A stretch of 64,000 nucleotides of DNA, from the NCBI RefSeq assembly GCF_009914755.1, contig NC_060928.1. The stretch is one strand, 5' to 3'. The notes beneath the pieces were generated by a model. That model did no database searches, was not told the origin of the DNA, and saw only the letters and a list, made by a program, of their open reading frames with translations. The translations under genes were made by a program, and so were the position numbers. The stretch is from the human T2T-CHM13v2.0 reference genome, Homo sapiens. Below, one piece after another: positions 48,191-63,523 of this stretch. Within the stretch, counting starts at the first letter, position 1; each line of letters opens with the position of its first letter.

Positions 48191-50242
48191 TAAATATAAA
48201 GTGGGTCATATTCCTCTTTATGTGCATCTGTCTCAGCTGTCCCTTGTTTCTATATTTCTTCCATACTACAGCCCGTACTCTTTGGGGATATGTCAACATG
48301 ATTTACTTCTGTAGAGAAACAGGAGACAGGAAATAGCAAAGGATAAAGGAGAAAAGGCCAGGGCCAGGCCAAGAACTTCTACATCTTTTCTTCCCAGCCT
48401 AGTGTGAACCAGATGAAAGCCTTAAGGAGGTCCTAGCAGCAAAGGGAGATAATTAAAAGAATGAGAATTTTGTGGAATGCTAAAAAAAAATAGGGAACAT
48501 ATTTGCAGCTAGGACTAACACTGATTATCTTAAAATGTCTATATGGCTAAATAATGTTCATGAAATCCCGTATCTTATTCTGCTAATGTCTTACAACTTA
48601 AAGCACTTTTATGTCCATGCCTTGAATTCTGTACAAAGCTTTGATAGAGTCACAGATGTCTGGTGTCAATCCAGATCACCTGAGAGGCTTCAGGGTTTCC
48701 TCTCTGGTTCCTGAATTCCAAGACTTAGTGAGTTTCCTAGGCCAGGAGCTGCTATTCATTATACATGTTAGTGGTTTTGCTCTTTCTACTGAAAGTGAGT
48801 GGTGGTTATGTCTCTGAACATGTTATTCCACAAAAAGCCAACTAGATGTGGCTATTTAAGAACCATCAAAGGCCATGACAGGCCAAAGTTTCCAAATCCC
48901 TCTTCAATCAAAGGATGCTGTCAGAACTGACCTCCAAAAAAGATGCAAGGTCTCAGTCCTAGGCTGTCATACTGGTCCTTAGAGAAGAGTTACAATTTTG
49001 TGATCTGCTCCACTCCATTTTGATTTTTGCTTCCATGCTATTTTAAAACTGGAGAAGGTTTAAGTTTAAAAATTCAAGACAAATCATAAAATATTTGAGA
49101 ATTTACTTGTACATTGCCTGTCTTCCCAAATAAACTGTGGGCCCCATGAGGGCAGGGACCATCTCTGTTTTGTTCACTATGGTGTCCAAGTACTTCCCCC
49201 ATATCTTGGAGCTGATTCTGTGGTAGGCTGCTCCAAGTAATCTTTATCTTGGGCCAGTAGCCACGCAGGTCAAGGATAAGTTTCCATTAGGTGTGGGCAT
49301 AAGCTCCTACCCAGCCATTGTCCTCTTCACCAGAAGAACTAAATTTCATCTGTAAAGGAAGACATCACATTCTGTAAATGGTAGGGCCTCATTCTCCTGT
49401 AAGATTCATATTTCTGCATTTTGGATTCAAGAACCATAGGTGTATCCCATGGCAAGACAGGAAGTATTACTGGAGTCAGACTCCCTGGGTCTTAACCCTG
49501 CTTCCTCTGTTTAATGGATATGCAACCTTGGGCAAGCCGGTAACATCTAAAATTTTACTCTTATAGCTGTTGATAGAGACACTAAACGTTTAAATTTCTA
49601 AATGTTTACTGCCATATTTATGTATGGTTATTAGCATAGTAAGGATCTAAATGATATCAGAGTAGAAACTCAATAAATATTTGTTAGATGGATGAATAAT
49701 TAACCTCTCAGACTTCAGTTTCATCACCTGTAAATAAAGAGGTTTAGCTATATGGTATCTTTGCAGTTCTAATATCCTGTGGACTTAGTTATGTTAGTAG
49801 TTATGATATTTTTTATTCTTGGTAATTTTTTCAGGATTACTATAAGGATAATAAGAAGTCAAATTCTAAACTGAAATAAGTCAAGGGAATTGAATAAAAA
49901 CTTGGATAAAAAAAGAAAGTGTTTTAAAAATCACCCTAAGTCCAATGATCAGCTGGCCTTTGATTTAAAGTGTGTCTGTGGTCAGCCCACGGAAATAGTA
50001 TACAGCTTCTCTGAAGCTCTTTAACATCTTCATTACAGTCAGTTTAAGTACTTCTTTGGCAATAAACATCAACTTTTTTTCAGATGTCTCTTTGCATATG
50101 ATGGCCTTGGCATGAGACATGAAACCATTAAGAAAATACAAGCCAGGTCCTCTGCTACAGTCCATAAAAATCATTTAGTTGAAGCTATGCATATTTACTT
50201 ATTAGCTTACACTCATTTTTAAACTGACTCACAAAAAGTACA

Positions 50243-50487
50243 GTATTAGGCCATTCTTGCATCGCTATAAAGAAATACCTGAGACTGGGTAATTTATAAA
50301 GAAAAGAGGTTTAATTGGCTCACAGTTCTGCAGGCTGTACAGGAGGCATGGCAGTGGCATCTGCTCAGCTTCTGGGGAGGCCTCACAAAGCTTCCAGTCA
50401 TGGCGGAAGGCCAAGGGGGGAGCAGGCCTCTCACATGGCAGAGCAAGAGCAAGAAAGAGTTGAGGTGGGGGGTGAGGGAGGGGGGAG
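50243..50487 (-). mobile_element. MST (MaLR) LTR, truncated
   Basis: gtattaggccattcttgcatcgctataaagaaatacctgagactgggt... Confidence 0.85.
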
Positions 50488-50734
50488 GTCCAGGTGGGCG
50501 GACCACTGGAGGCCAGGAGTTCGAAACCAGCCTGGCCAACATGGTAAAACCCCATCTCTACTAAAAATACAAAAATTAGCCGGGCATGGTGGCACATGCC
50601 TGTAACCCCAGCTACTCACTGAGGAGGCTGAGGCACAAGAATCGCTTCAGCCCAGGAGGTGAAGGTTGCGGTGAGCCGAGATCACGCCACTGCACTCCAG
50701 CTTGGGTGACACAGTGAGATTCTGTGTCAAAAAA
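50482..50734 (+). mobile_element. AluS lacking its 5' end, fused to the MST
   Basis: Starts at gggaggtccaggtgggcgga. Confidence 0.88.
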
Positions 50735-52739
50735 ATACCCATTTATGTACTTACGTACAAAATATCTGAAACTGCTAAGACTGGGTAGTAATTACATGGG
50801 TGTCTCTTATATTATGCTATTTAAATGTTTTAAAAACATTTAATAATTTTTAAGATCCTAAGAAACAAGAATACTGTAATAAAAAAATCCAATATCGGAC
50901 TCTACTCCCTTGTAGATTAGGAATGATATCCCTGCTCTTTTTCCCCCCAATGGCTCATTTGTACTTGGCATTTGGTGCCTGCTTAAAACACCAGGGTGAC
51001 TACAGGGTCCCTGATGTTGGTTAGGGGCCCTCTCTGTAGCTTTCATAGCACCCTCTCTTTTCCTTCTCACTGCATTTATCACCCAGTTGTGCCATTTCCT
51101 GTTTCCTTGCTGTATGGGCCTGCTGGACCATAAGACGTTCCTGCAGGGGCAGGTGGCTTGCTTACTATAGCATCCCTGAGGACTGGAATGCAATAGATAT
51201 TGAGTGGCTGAATGAATTACTGCAATGGTGACTGCAATGGCTTAAGTTCAGTGCTCTGCACACACATGGGCCAGGGTTGGATATGCGAAATTACCACTTG
51301 ATGAAATTAGTTAAAGCAGCATTTGTTGGCACAGAGAGGCCGTGTGCCCCTTTCTTGGAGTCCCCTAGGCTTCAGTGCATGCACCACAGTCTCACAGTTG
51401 GAAAGGAGGGTCGGGGCGCTGTACTTCATGTAAGGTGATTCTAAACCTCGTGCTAGATCCACTGACACATCCAACTCGAGACTCAGGATCCAACTGGACA
51501 CTCAGGTTCCCATTAGGCTGTGGCGAGGACCAAGCCCGCTGCCACTGAATTTCCTAGGCACTGAGGTCAGGGTTTTCCTGTCCACTAGCCTGACCAGTTT
51601 TTCACAGAAAGGACCAATGTGCCTGCCTTCCCGAGATCCGGCAGCACAGCTCCTGCTTTGTCCTGGGTTCAGATGGAGTTTGGCCTGTTGGTCCCAGCGT
51701 AGCCTGGATGGGGACAAGGGGCAGCCTACTGCGGGTCTCACTTTCTTATTAGCCCCTGGCCTGGCTGAACCCTTGAGAAGGGCCCTGCTGCCTCAGACCC
51801 AACAAGAATTTGCTTCCTTTCTCTCTTCCTTCCTTCCTACCTCATTCGTTCATTTGTTCTTTAGAATCTGCTGCCATTTCATGTCTATTTGTATCTCATC
51901 TAGCTAGCATCAGCTCTGTCCCCAGCCTCATGAAAAAGGCCAAGCTCCTTCCCTGACAGAGCCTGCTATTGGCAGGAAGCTGCCAGAGCATGGTGTCTGT
52001 CTAGAGAACCTCTCTTGGCCATGCCAGCTCCCTGAAATCTTAGAGCATGAAGCCCTGTGTTTGTAGCAGTTAGGACCTGCTTGGAGGGATGCTGACAGGT
52101 GGTCTACGCAGACACTGCTCCACTGTGCCTAGGTGAGGCCTTTGGTGAATTATTTTACTTTCCTGAACCTCAGTTTCCTCATCTGCAAAACAGAATAAGT
52201 AATACCTTGCAGCAGGGTTTTAACATAATTAGGGGCTGTGAAGTAAAGTGGTTAAGTTGGCAGAGTGCCTGGGCCTGATTCTGGTTTTCTCCTTTCCCAC
52301 CTGAGTGCTTCAGTTTCCCCATCCAAAAATAGGTACTCATACTCTCGACCTCATGCGCTGTAAATGCTTTGAACCATGCCTGGTGCATGGTGGATGCTGC
52401 CTGAAGGTTTGCTGGTTTTAGCAGTGTCTGGCAGATAGGAAGCACTCAATACACATTATGTTTTATTACTATTACAATTATTCTTACCATCTAGGGTTGG
52501 GAGATAGATAATATATGAAAACATCTGGCATGCAGTAAGTACTCAGCGGATATTGTTTTCATCCTTCCTGACCCTTGATCTTGGAGCAGGGGTACCTTGA
52601 AGTGGAGGGAGGTGATCCCTGCACTGAGTTGGCATTCTTTTTTATACTTGTGTTGTCCCTGAGAACAAGAACTCTAGATATTTGGAAAAGTTCCAGGAGC
52701 ATCGGGGCTCTTGTGATATTATGACCTAGAGATCGGTGA

Positions 52740-53155
<416 letters not shown>

Positions 53156-53706
53156 TGAGGGAAGCTTGGAAGGGACCTTGGAGATCGTGGGCCTAATACC
53201 CACAATTTACAAGGTGGAAACAGGTTCAGAGAATGTGACATGAACTGTCTGAGGTCACATAGCTGGTTGCCAGCAGGTATAGGCTAGCAGCAAGCACCTG
53301 GACAGCCTGGGCTGCCTCACACAGAGAAAGACTCCACAAATCCATGTGCAAATTGATTGACCCACTTTAGATGACTCCTGACCCTCATCTGAAAGCTGAA
53401 TTTATCTTCACCTCACCCAGAGCAAAACTTCTGTCCTGTTTGGAAAATTCCAGGTTAGAAGAGCAATGACTCAGACATCACTACTTAGAAGCGTTTAAAA
53501 AACTGAGTGGGATCCCCACACAAATGGAAAAGAGAAGCTAAACTATTTCCTTCTTATATTTTCTCAGCCCTTACATCTCCTATCAAGGCCAATGGACATT
53601 TTCAATTATGTACCTTCTCTAGCTACGCATAGAGACTAAGATGCAGATGGTGGTTTATTTTATAATCTATGAGTTCCTTTGCTAAGTATACAGACACCTT
53701 TTATCT

Positions 53707-53883
53707 TTTTTTAATTATTATACTTTAAGTTCTAGGATACATGTACGAAACGTGCAGGTTTGATACATAGGGTTTGCTGCACCCATCAACTCATCATTTA
53801 CATTAGCTATTTCTCCTAATGCTATCCCTCCTCCAGCCCCCTACCCCCCAACAGGCCCCGGTGTGTGATGTTCCCTGCCCTGG
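53707..53883 (-). mobile_element. Short L1PA 3'UTR insertion
   Basis: Perfect 15-bp TSD agacaccttttatct at 53692-53706 / 53884-53898. Confidence 0.92.
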
Positions 53884-54271
53884 AGACACCTTTTATCTAA
53901 AGGTTTTCAGAGGGGCATTTGCCTAGGAATTCGGCACTTGGGTCTTATATTCTGGAAGATGAGCTTGCTCAGTGCACCTGAAGATTACACTGAGTTTTAC
54001 CAGGCACATTCTTCTTGTTGACATGCAAGTACCTGTGGCTTGGTGGACTTTTTGTAGGAATCTTAAGTTACAACAAAGGAAAAAATTCAAATTGTTTTGT
54101 GCATTTCTGCAGAGGTTTGTGGCACCATTTTTTTTTCCAGGTGCTTGCTGTGCAATTCGAATCCAAAATTCAGTGCTGAAGCACATAAATTTAGGCTTTG
54201 AAAAGAGTGAGGACATTCACAAAGAGCTTCATTTGTGTTTAAAACTTGGCAATTTTAAAGGAATTTTATTA

Positions 54272-54614
<343 letters not shown>

Positions 54615-56414
54615 TTATCCTAAATGAAGGTAAACTAAACCACCTTATAAAAAACAGAAAATTTTGATTTACTATAGAAGAAGTGGAAAGAGGAAGTTTG
54701 GGTCAGATTTTTATTCACTAATAGATTTGATCAGGAAATAGGAGTTGATTCTTTTCAGTCTTATTTTTGAAGGAGAAATATAACTTTCAGTTTAGAAAAA
54801 AAAGTTATTTCTTGATAAAATTAGTGCTCTGTCGAGTGATGCTTCTAATGTTTCCACTATGAATTATAGCAAAATGTCTGAGTTTAAAGCTAAGAGTCTA
54901 TGTTGAGTTACAGGATGGGGTGTGGGTGTCGAAATCTTGACTCTAAATTTTTACAGTGTTTTCTTTTATGAGCTCAGGACTGCTGGGTTTTTCCATGAAT
55001 TTGAAACAAGCGCACAGTGTTTTGAAAAGAAGATTATTTGCTTAAACTTTATAGACTGAGCTAAAAATAGAAAAACACCGATTCTATTTTTGGAATGTCT
55101 TACAAGCTAAAAAGTAAACATGATTGCTGTTCGTATTGAACAACATACTGAGAACAGATGTTTAAATAGCAAAATGTAATAATTTAGCTGGTTTTGAAAT
55201 ATCACAGCATTTTAATGAATTGATTGCTAATGAAGAGATAGACCTATGTCATAAGTAAATTTCTGTTTCAGCAAGTGTTACTTACAAGGAGAAAAAAAGG
55301 CATCCCCAAGCTGGTATGAACTTTACTCTCAAAGGGCTTTGTTACTATCTTCTTGTCTCCTCTGGAGTTGCAAGTTCAGGGGTTCCCTTTTACCCTGCAG
55401 TCTTCTTAGTATTTCTGGTGGGACTGCAGCCAGCTATTAATTTTGCAAGGCTTTTGGATACATTTAATGAAGGTGGCTGGGGCCGCTAAAAATGTTCTCA
55501 TGAAGTCGGCTTGCTGTTATTCTGGCTAACAAGAAACTACAATGTAACGCAGAAAATCAAAACATAAAATTAGAGACCTTGATTCAAATGTTGACATGGA
55601 TATATCAAGGTAGAATGTTCTTGAGGTACCCACCTGAATTTATAAGGTACTCCTCAATAAGTCCTCACCTAATTTGTTCTTCTACTTCTCCTCTACATTT
55701 TCTTTCCTTCATGAACCAATTTATTGAGCACCGTTTGCTCTGAAGACGGTCTTCAAATACTCCGTCTTGTCACCTGAAGATTCATCTTGAATCCGGCATG
55801 ATTTAAAATGTGAGTGTGGGTGTGTCCTTGAGAGAAAGTGAGCCATGTAGACAGGCAAGGAGGGATTGGAGGTGTGGGGTTGGGAGAGGGAGTGTGAGTT
55901 CCATGTGTGAGTGAGCAGGACCCAAGCCTGGGGACGAATTTCTAAACTGTTGAAAGTGTGGCGGGCAAGTGATGCTTGTGTGTACCAAGTCTCTGCCCAG
56001 CTAGTATGATAGGAATGTACCAGAGACACTTGGACGATTTGTGGCTTGGCTTATGGAGTTAAAGTAACAATTGGAGCACAGTCTTGCTGTTAGACACAGC
56101 AACTCATAAAAAGGGAGAGGAAAATATCAAGACACATCCTGCAGGCCCACCATGCTGGAGTGAATTTTGGCTCACACACAATCCCTTCTCTGATCTTAAC
56201 TGTGTGTCCTGTCCTATTTTGTGTGTCTATAAACCCAGCTCTGAGCTTGAGGCCTCCAGCCCATCATTTGTTTTACTTCTACATTTAAGACATATCATTC
56301 CCACTATAATTCCAATATCAATCATTGTTGCTACTACTAATACTATTACTACCACCACTACATCTACAGCCAAAATTTGCTGTGCATCTACTATAGGCCA
56401 GTGCTTTATCTGTG

Positions 56415-56718
56415 TTTTTGTTTGTTTGTTTGAGACAGAGTTCCGCTCTTGTCGCCCAGTCTGGAGTGCAATGGCACAATCTCGGCTCATGGCAACCTCC
56501 ACCTCCTGGGTTCAAGTGATTTTCCTGCCTCAGCCTCTGGAGTAGCTGAGATTACAGGCATCCACTACCACCATGCCTGGCTAATTTTTGTATTTTTGGT
56601 GGAGATGGGGTTTCACCACGTTGGCCAGGCTGGCCTTGAACTCTTGACCTCGGGTGATCCACTGCCTCAGCCTCCCAAAAAGTGCTGGGATTACAGGCAT
56701 GAGTCACCACACCCAGCC
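56415..56718 (-). mobile_element. AluS
   Basis: (tttg)n tail followed by reverse Alu. Confidence 0.92.
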
Positions 56719-56814
56719 AAAACTAGCCCTTTTAAGTGTGGGATCCATTATTACAAAGGCCCAGTGACTTAACTTACCTAAAGTCATTCAATCATCATCA
56801 CACAGCGGGATTTA

Positions 56815-57315
56815 CCAAAATTAAGATGTAATTTACATTCTGTAACATTTTGGTATTTAGTAAATCCACAAATTTTGGTATTTAGTATATTAATGTAACC
56901 ATCATCACCATCTAATTCCAAAACATTGTCATCACTGCAAAAAGAAACCCTGCACCCATTAGCAGTCTCTCCCTATTTTCTCCTCTCTCCAGCCCCCGGT
57001 AACTACTAGTCTATTTTCTGTCTCTATGGATTTGCCTGTTCTGGATATTTCATATAAATAGAATCATACAGTATGCAGTCTTTTGTAACTGGCTTATTTC
57101 AATTGGCATAGTGCTTTCAAGGTCCATCAGTGCTGTGGCATGTATCAGTACTTCATTACTTTTTATAGCCAAATAATATTCCATTGTGTGGATATACCAT
57201 ATCTTGTTGATCCATTCATCAGTTGAAGGGCAGCTGGGTTGTTTCCACTCTTGGGAGTTGTGCTGCTGTGCACATTCATGGACACATTTTTACATGGGCA
57301 TATATGTTTTCAATT
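56815..57315 (-). mobile_element. L1MB-like 3' fragment
   Basis: gatttgcctgttctggatatttcatataaatagaatcatacagtatg. Confidence 0.8.
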
Positions 57316-58019
57316 TATGCAGAGGGATTTTTAGTATTAGATTTTCAGGATTTGGTATTATCCTTGGCAAATATGGGTTTCTTTGGAAACAAATTTTTCT
57401 GTTTGTAAGAGATGATTGCATATCATCAAACTTACACTAACATTCCCTCTCCACTATGAAGCTCTGATTTCTGTCCTATCTCCTCCTATGCAAGGCCTGA
57501 TTTCCAGAGAACGTTAATCTTCTAAGCCTTTCTCCATGCGGATCCTTCTTCCTGGAAAGCCCATTCCCTCTCCACCTTCTGTAAATGGCCTGAAACCAGC
57601 CAGGAAGCTGGGTTTTCCTTTGCAGCCTGAAGTTATTTTCCTTCCTCTGGGAACTCATCGAAGCTTCACCTGGACTTTGAGGGAAAATAACTTCAGGCTT
57701 TTGTCACTCTTTTCCCTGCCTGAGCTTCCCTGCTACCCTCTATGCCCCTTGAGGGCAGGATTCTGGTCTGACTCCATTTTGCTATTTCCTGCAAGGACTT
57801 CTGTGGCTTTCCAAAATAGGTGCTAATGAATATTCATATTTGTGAACTGAATTCCTGATCCATTGCCAAGTGGTTCTGATTCACTTGAAACCCAGTTGAA
57901 CTTCCTTGTAGAGTTTGTATTACAATGGCTCTATTTTTAACCAGGTCTTAGGGTGGGGAGGAGCAAGCTGGCAGAGTGAGGTCATTCTTTTGCATGTGTC
58001 CCTGCCTCACTGGCCCCCC

Positions 58020-58033
58020 CCACTAGAGGGCAG
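58020..58033 (+). promoter_or_regulatory. Candidate CTCF site
   Basis: CCACTAGAGGGCAG matches the CTCF core CCASYAGRKGGCRS. Confidence 0.55.
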
Positions 58034-58316
58034 CCTGCCTGGCATCACCTCCTAAACTTACAGGAGGTTTTGCCGCCCTTGCTTCTTGTTCCTCCTCAAA
58101 AGAAGAAATTGGCAGAAGAGCTGGGGCAGGAGTGTCAGGGTTTGTTTTGGTGGGGATATGGTCAGGCTTAGTAGGGAAGCAACTCTTCCAGTTCCCAGAC
58201 CGGCCCCCCTGCCTTTCAAGTCCTCCGTTAATGTCTCAGGAGTGCTGAGATGGTGAGACATTAAAGCATCCTTTTAAAGTTACTTAGACAACAATTTGAG
58301 ATTTCTGTAGGGATAC

Positions 58317-58685
58317 TGTATTAGTCTATTCTTATGCTGTTAATAAAGACATACCTAAGACTGGGTAATTATAAAGGAAAGCGGTTTATTGACTCACAAT
58401 TCCACGTGGCTGGGGAGGCCTCAAAATCATGGTAGAAGGCAAGAAGGAGCAAGTCACATCTTACACGGCAACAGACAGGAGAAGAATTGAGAGCCGAACA
58501 AAAAGGGTTTTGCCTTATAAAACCATCAGATCTCATGAGACTCATTCACTACCATGAGAACAGGATGAGGGAAATCACCCCCATGATTCAGTTATCTCCC
58601 ACTGTGTCCCTCCCACAACTCATGGGAATTATGGGAGCTACAATTCAAGATGAGATTTGGGTGGGGACACAGCCAAACCATATCA
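58317..58685 (-). mobile_element. THE1 (MaLR) solo LTR
   Basis: TG...CA ends; reverse strand starts TGATATGGTTTGGCTGTGTCCCCACCC; 5-bp TSD gatac. Confidence 0.93.
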
Positions 58686-59271
58686 GATACTATCGTGTTT
58701 AGATCTCTGCAGTCCTATTTGGATAGCCTATTGCTTTCCACAGAGCAACTATATATATATATTTTAAAGTAAAGGATCTACAACTGTAAGAGTGGTTCTT
58801 GATCCTGGCTGATAATCAGAATCACTTGCTAGAATATATTTCTAAGCTTTAAGTAAACCCAGAGTCAACATTATGGGTCAACACCAATAATGACCTCTGT
58901 GGCTGAATTCAGTGGGCTGACACATTTGACTTGGCTAGGTGGAGTGTTTTAATAATTGAGAATGCATTCTCTAAGATGCTGTAGTTACTTCATTCTTTAT
59001 CCTCTCACACCTTGCCCTCTTCACACATTTATATGACCTGCTTGCTCTTTGAGGTCTCTGAGAATTTGACCTTTGCTCCAAAACAGCCCAATCATCTGAG
59101 ACCCTCTACTCTCTCTCTCACTTGGCCACCTTCCCATTACAGGTGACTCTGATAGACAATCAGGGCTGGAAATTATCAGTGTCTTTGAGCAATGACTATT
59201 CTGTCTGCAGAGGTTCTCAATTCTGACTGCATGAGAGAAACACCTTGGAGATGTTAAAAATTACTGATGCC

Positions 59272-59575
<304 letters not shown>

Positions 59576-59674
59576 TTACTGATGCCCAGTATACGTACAA
59601 TCCTTTCAGGGTAGCATATGCAGTTCCTTGTGGGAAGGATATATTTTTCAGATGGGTGGGAGAGTAGTATTTTA

Positions 59675-60146
<472 letters not shown>

Positions 60147-60909
60147 TTAAAATATTTGGTGTTAGAGCACCACACATTGCTATCAAATCTACCCAATTCA
60201 AAGGCTCCTCCTACTTTCCCATGAGATTAGTGATTCTGCCTACTCCTGGATTAGGAAGGAAGACTTGGATCAGAGAAAGACCCCTGTGTGCCTAAAAGAT
60301 AACACAAACCTTAGACAAATTCTAACCCAGACTGCAGGAGCCTCTACCCTGGATGTGTATATACTGAGAATTGGATCCAGGTTTAAACAATGAACCCTTC
60401 ATGTCCTTATTTCACCTGCCTGCATACGTTCCCGCTGTTAACTGTTACATTGAGGATTTGGCCTGTTTTTCTGCAAGAAATGCAGTTTTTATTCCCCTAA
60501 ACCTAATGTAATTTTCACTTTTTGGCATCTCTATTTTCTGTGGTGGAAAATTTATCTTAGTCATAGGTACTTCAGATTTCCTTAGTCAATTCTGGGTTCT
60601 CCTCATCCTTTCCCCAGAATTGCTTCTAAGTTCTGGGCATTTTTGGAGAGTTTCGTGTAGGAGTTGGAGTGATGGAGTATGATGACATTTGTCCTGGGTT
60701 CAGCTTGTCCAGTCTGGTCCTCAGCTGACCATCCACTCACATCAAAACTATGTTGTTGCCTGATAACTCTCTAGGTCGCTCTCTAGCTGAACTGGTTCAT
60801 ACCAGCCCAAGAACACAGGACAGTTTTGGCTGCTTTCTCCAGGGCCTATTGGTCAGTACCTTTTAATCATTAACGTTTTAAGACCAATGTTAATGAATCT
60901 CATCTACTA

Positions 60910-61078
60910 GTGCTTCTCAAACTTTAATGAGTATACCAGTCACCTGGAATTTTGGTAAAATGAAGGTTATGATGCAGTAGGTCTAGATTAGGGCAGGGCC
61001 TGAGATTCTGCATTTCTAACCAACAGCCAGTTGCTGCTGAGGCTGCTGGTCTGTGGACCACACCTTGAATAGTAAGGT
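60910..61078. mobile_element. MER5A-like hAT-Charlie
   Basis: gtgcttctcaaactt...gggcctgagattctgcatttctaac...ggaccacaccttgaatagtaagg. Confidence 0.72.
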
Positions 61079-61311
61079 TGTAGAGTCTACAAGCATTCTC
61101 GCTCTAATGGAACTGTCAGCCTCCATCTCTTCTAAGTGTTTGGGAAAGTGATGTGGTAACAGGGAAAGATTTGGCTAAATGGCTGCAAATGCACTCCCTT
61201 TTCCACCTTCATTAAGCAGGGAATATCACTGCTTAAAAGTGAGAGAATAGTACTTCCCTAGGATGCGTCTAAGGCCCTTTTCAAGGGTGGCCTCTGTTGG
61301 AATGATGTCAC

Positions 61312-61996
<685 letters not shown>

Positions 61997-62014
61997 TGAA
62001 ACCCTATCATCCCC

Positions 62015-63022
62015 TGTAGGGTCTAGCCCCACAGGGTTGGTGGGTTTTTTCCCCGTGTGCAGAGACGAGAGAGTGTAGAAATAAAGACATAAGACACAAA
62101 GATAAAAGAAAAGACAGCTGGGCCCGTGGTACCACTACCACCAAGATGTGGAGACCGGTAGTGGTCCCGAATGCCAGGCTGTGCTGATATTTATTGGATA
62201 TAAGACAAAGGGGCAGGGTAAGGAGTGTGAGCCATCTCCAATGATAGGTAAGGTCACATGGGTCACGTGTCCACTGGACAGGGGGCCCTTCCCTGCCTGG
62301 CAGCCGAGGCAGAGAGAGAGAGAAGAGAAAGAGAGAGACAGCTTACAACATTATTTCTGCTATCAGAGACTTTTAGTACTTTCACTAATTTGCTACTACT
62401 ATCTAAAAGGCAGAACCAGGTGTACAGGATGGAACGTGAAGGCAGACTAAGAGCGTGACCACTGAAGCACAGCATCACAGGGAGATGGTTAGGCCTCTGG
62501 ATAACTGCGGGCAGGCCTGACATCAGTCAGGCCGTCCACAAGAGGTGGAGTAGTAGAGTCTTCTCTAAACTCCCCCGGGGAAAGGGAGACTCCCATTCCC
62601 AGTCTGCTAAGTAGCGGGTGTTTTTTGTTGACACTAACGCTACCGCTAGACCACAGTCCACTTGGCAACAGGCGTCTTCCCAGATGCTGGTGTTACCGCT
62701 AGACCAAGGAGCCCTCCTGGTGGCCCTGTCCGGGCATAACAGAAGGCTCGCACTCTTGTCTTCTGGTCACTTCTCACTATGTCCCCTCAGCTCCTATCTC
62801 TGTATGGCCTGGTTTTTCCTAGGTTATGATTGTAGAGCGAGGATTATTATAATATTGGAATAAAGAATAATTGCTACAAACTAATGATTAATGATATTCA
62901 TATATAATCATATCTAAGATCTATATCTAGTATAACTATTCTTATTTTATATATTTTATTATACTGGAACAGCTCGTGCCCTGGGTCTCTTGCCTTGGCA
63001 GCTGGGTGGCTTGCCGCCCACA
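62015..63022 (-). mobile_element. LTR13 solo LTR (HERV-K family, ERVK)
   Basis: Reverse strand starts TGTGGGCGGCAAGCCACCCAG and ends CCCTACA; about 1 kb; 6-bp TSD atcccc at 62009-62014 / 63023-63028; minus-strand AATAAA at 62190-62195. Confidence 0.9.
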
Positions 63023-63523
63023 ATCCCCCATGATCCTCTCCTTTTGATATTCATGTCCTTATATTATCTCCTCCCCTTAAGTGTGGACTAGACTTATGTC
63101 TTTGGTTTTTCACAAACAGTAATAGAGCAAAAGTGTTGGGATGTCACATCTTAATTCATAAAACACTGTTTTTGGATTTGTGCGTTCTCTTGGATCACTT
63201 GTGCTGGGGGATACAAACTGCCATTTTCTGATCAGTGCTATGGAAAGAAACAGCAAGAAACAGAGGCCCTGAGTCCAGCAGCTTGCGAGGAACTAAATAC
63301 GGGCAACACCTATGTGAATGAGCATGGAAGTGGATCCTTCAGTCCCAGGCCAGTCTTGAGATGACTCCAGCCTCAGTTAACAGCTTGGCTGAAATTTTAG
63401 GGCGACTTTCAGCCAGAGCCATCCAGCTAAGATGCTCCTGGATTTCTGACCCACAGAAGTTGTTTGTGGTTTTAAGCTTCTCAGTTTTGGGGTAACTTTT
63501 TATACAGCAATAGGTAGCTAATA
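63023..63523 (+). mobile_element. MLT1 (MaLR) LTR
   Basis: ctcctccccttaagtgtggactagac ... cagcaataggtagctaata terminus. Confidence 0.7.

Noticed and set aside
56847-56887. 16-bp direct repeat attttggtatttagta with a 9-bp spacer
   Set aside because: Local duplication within an old L1 fragment; only two copies, not CRISPR-like
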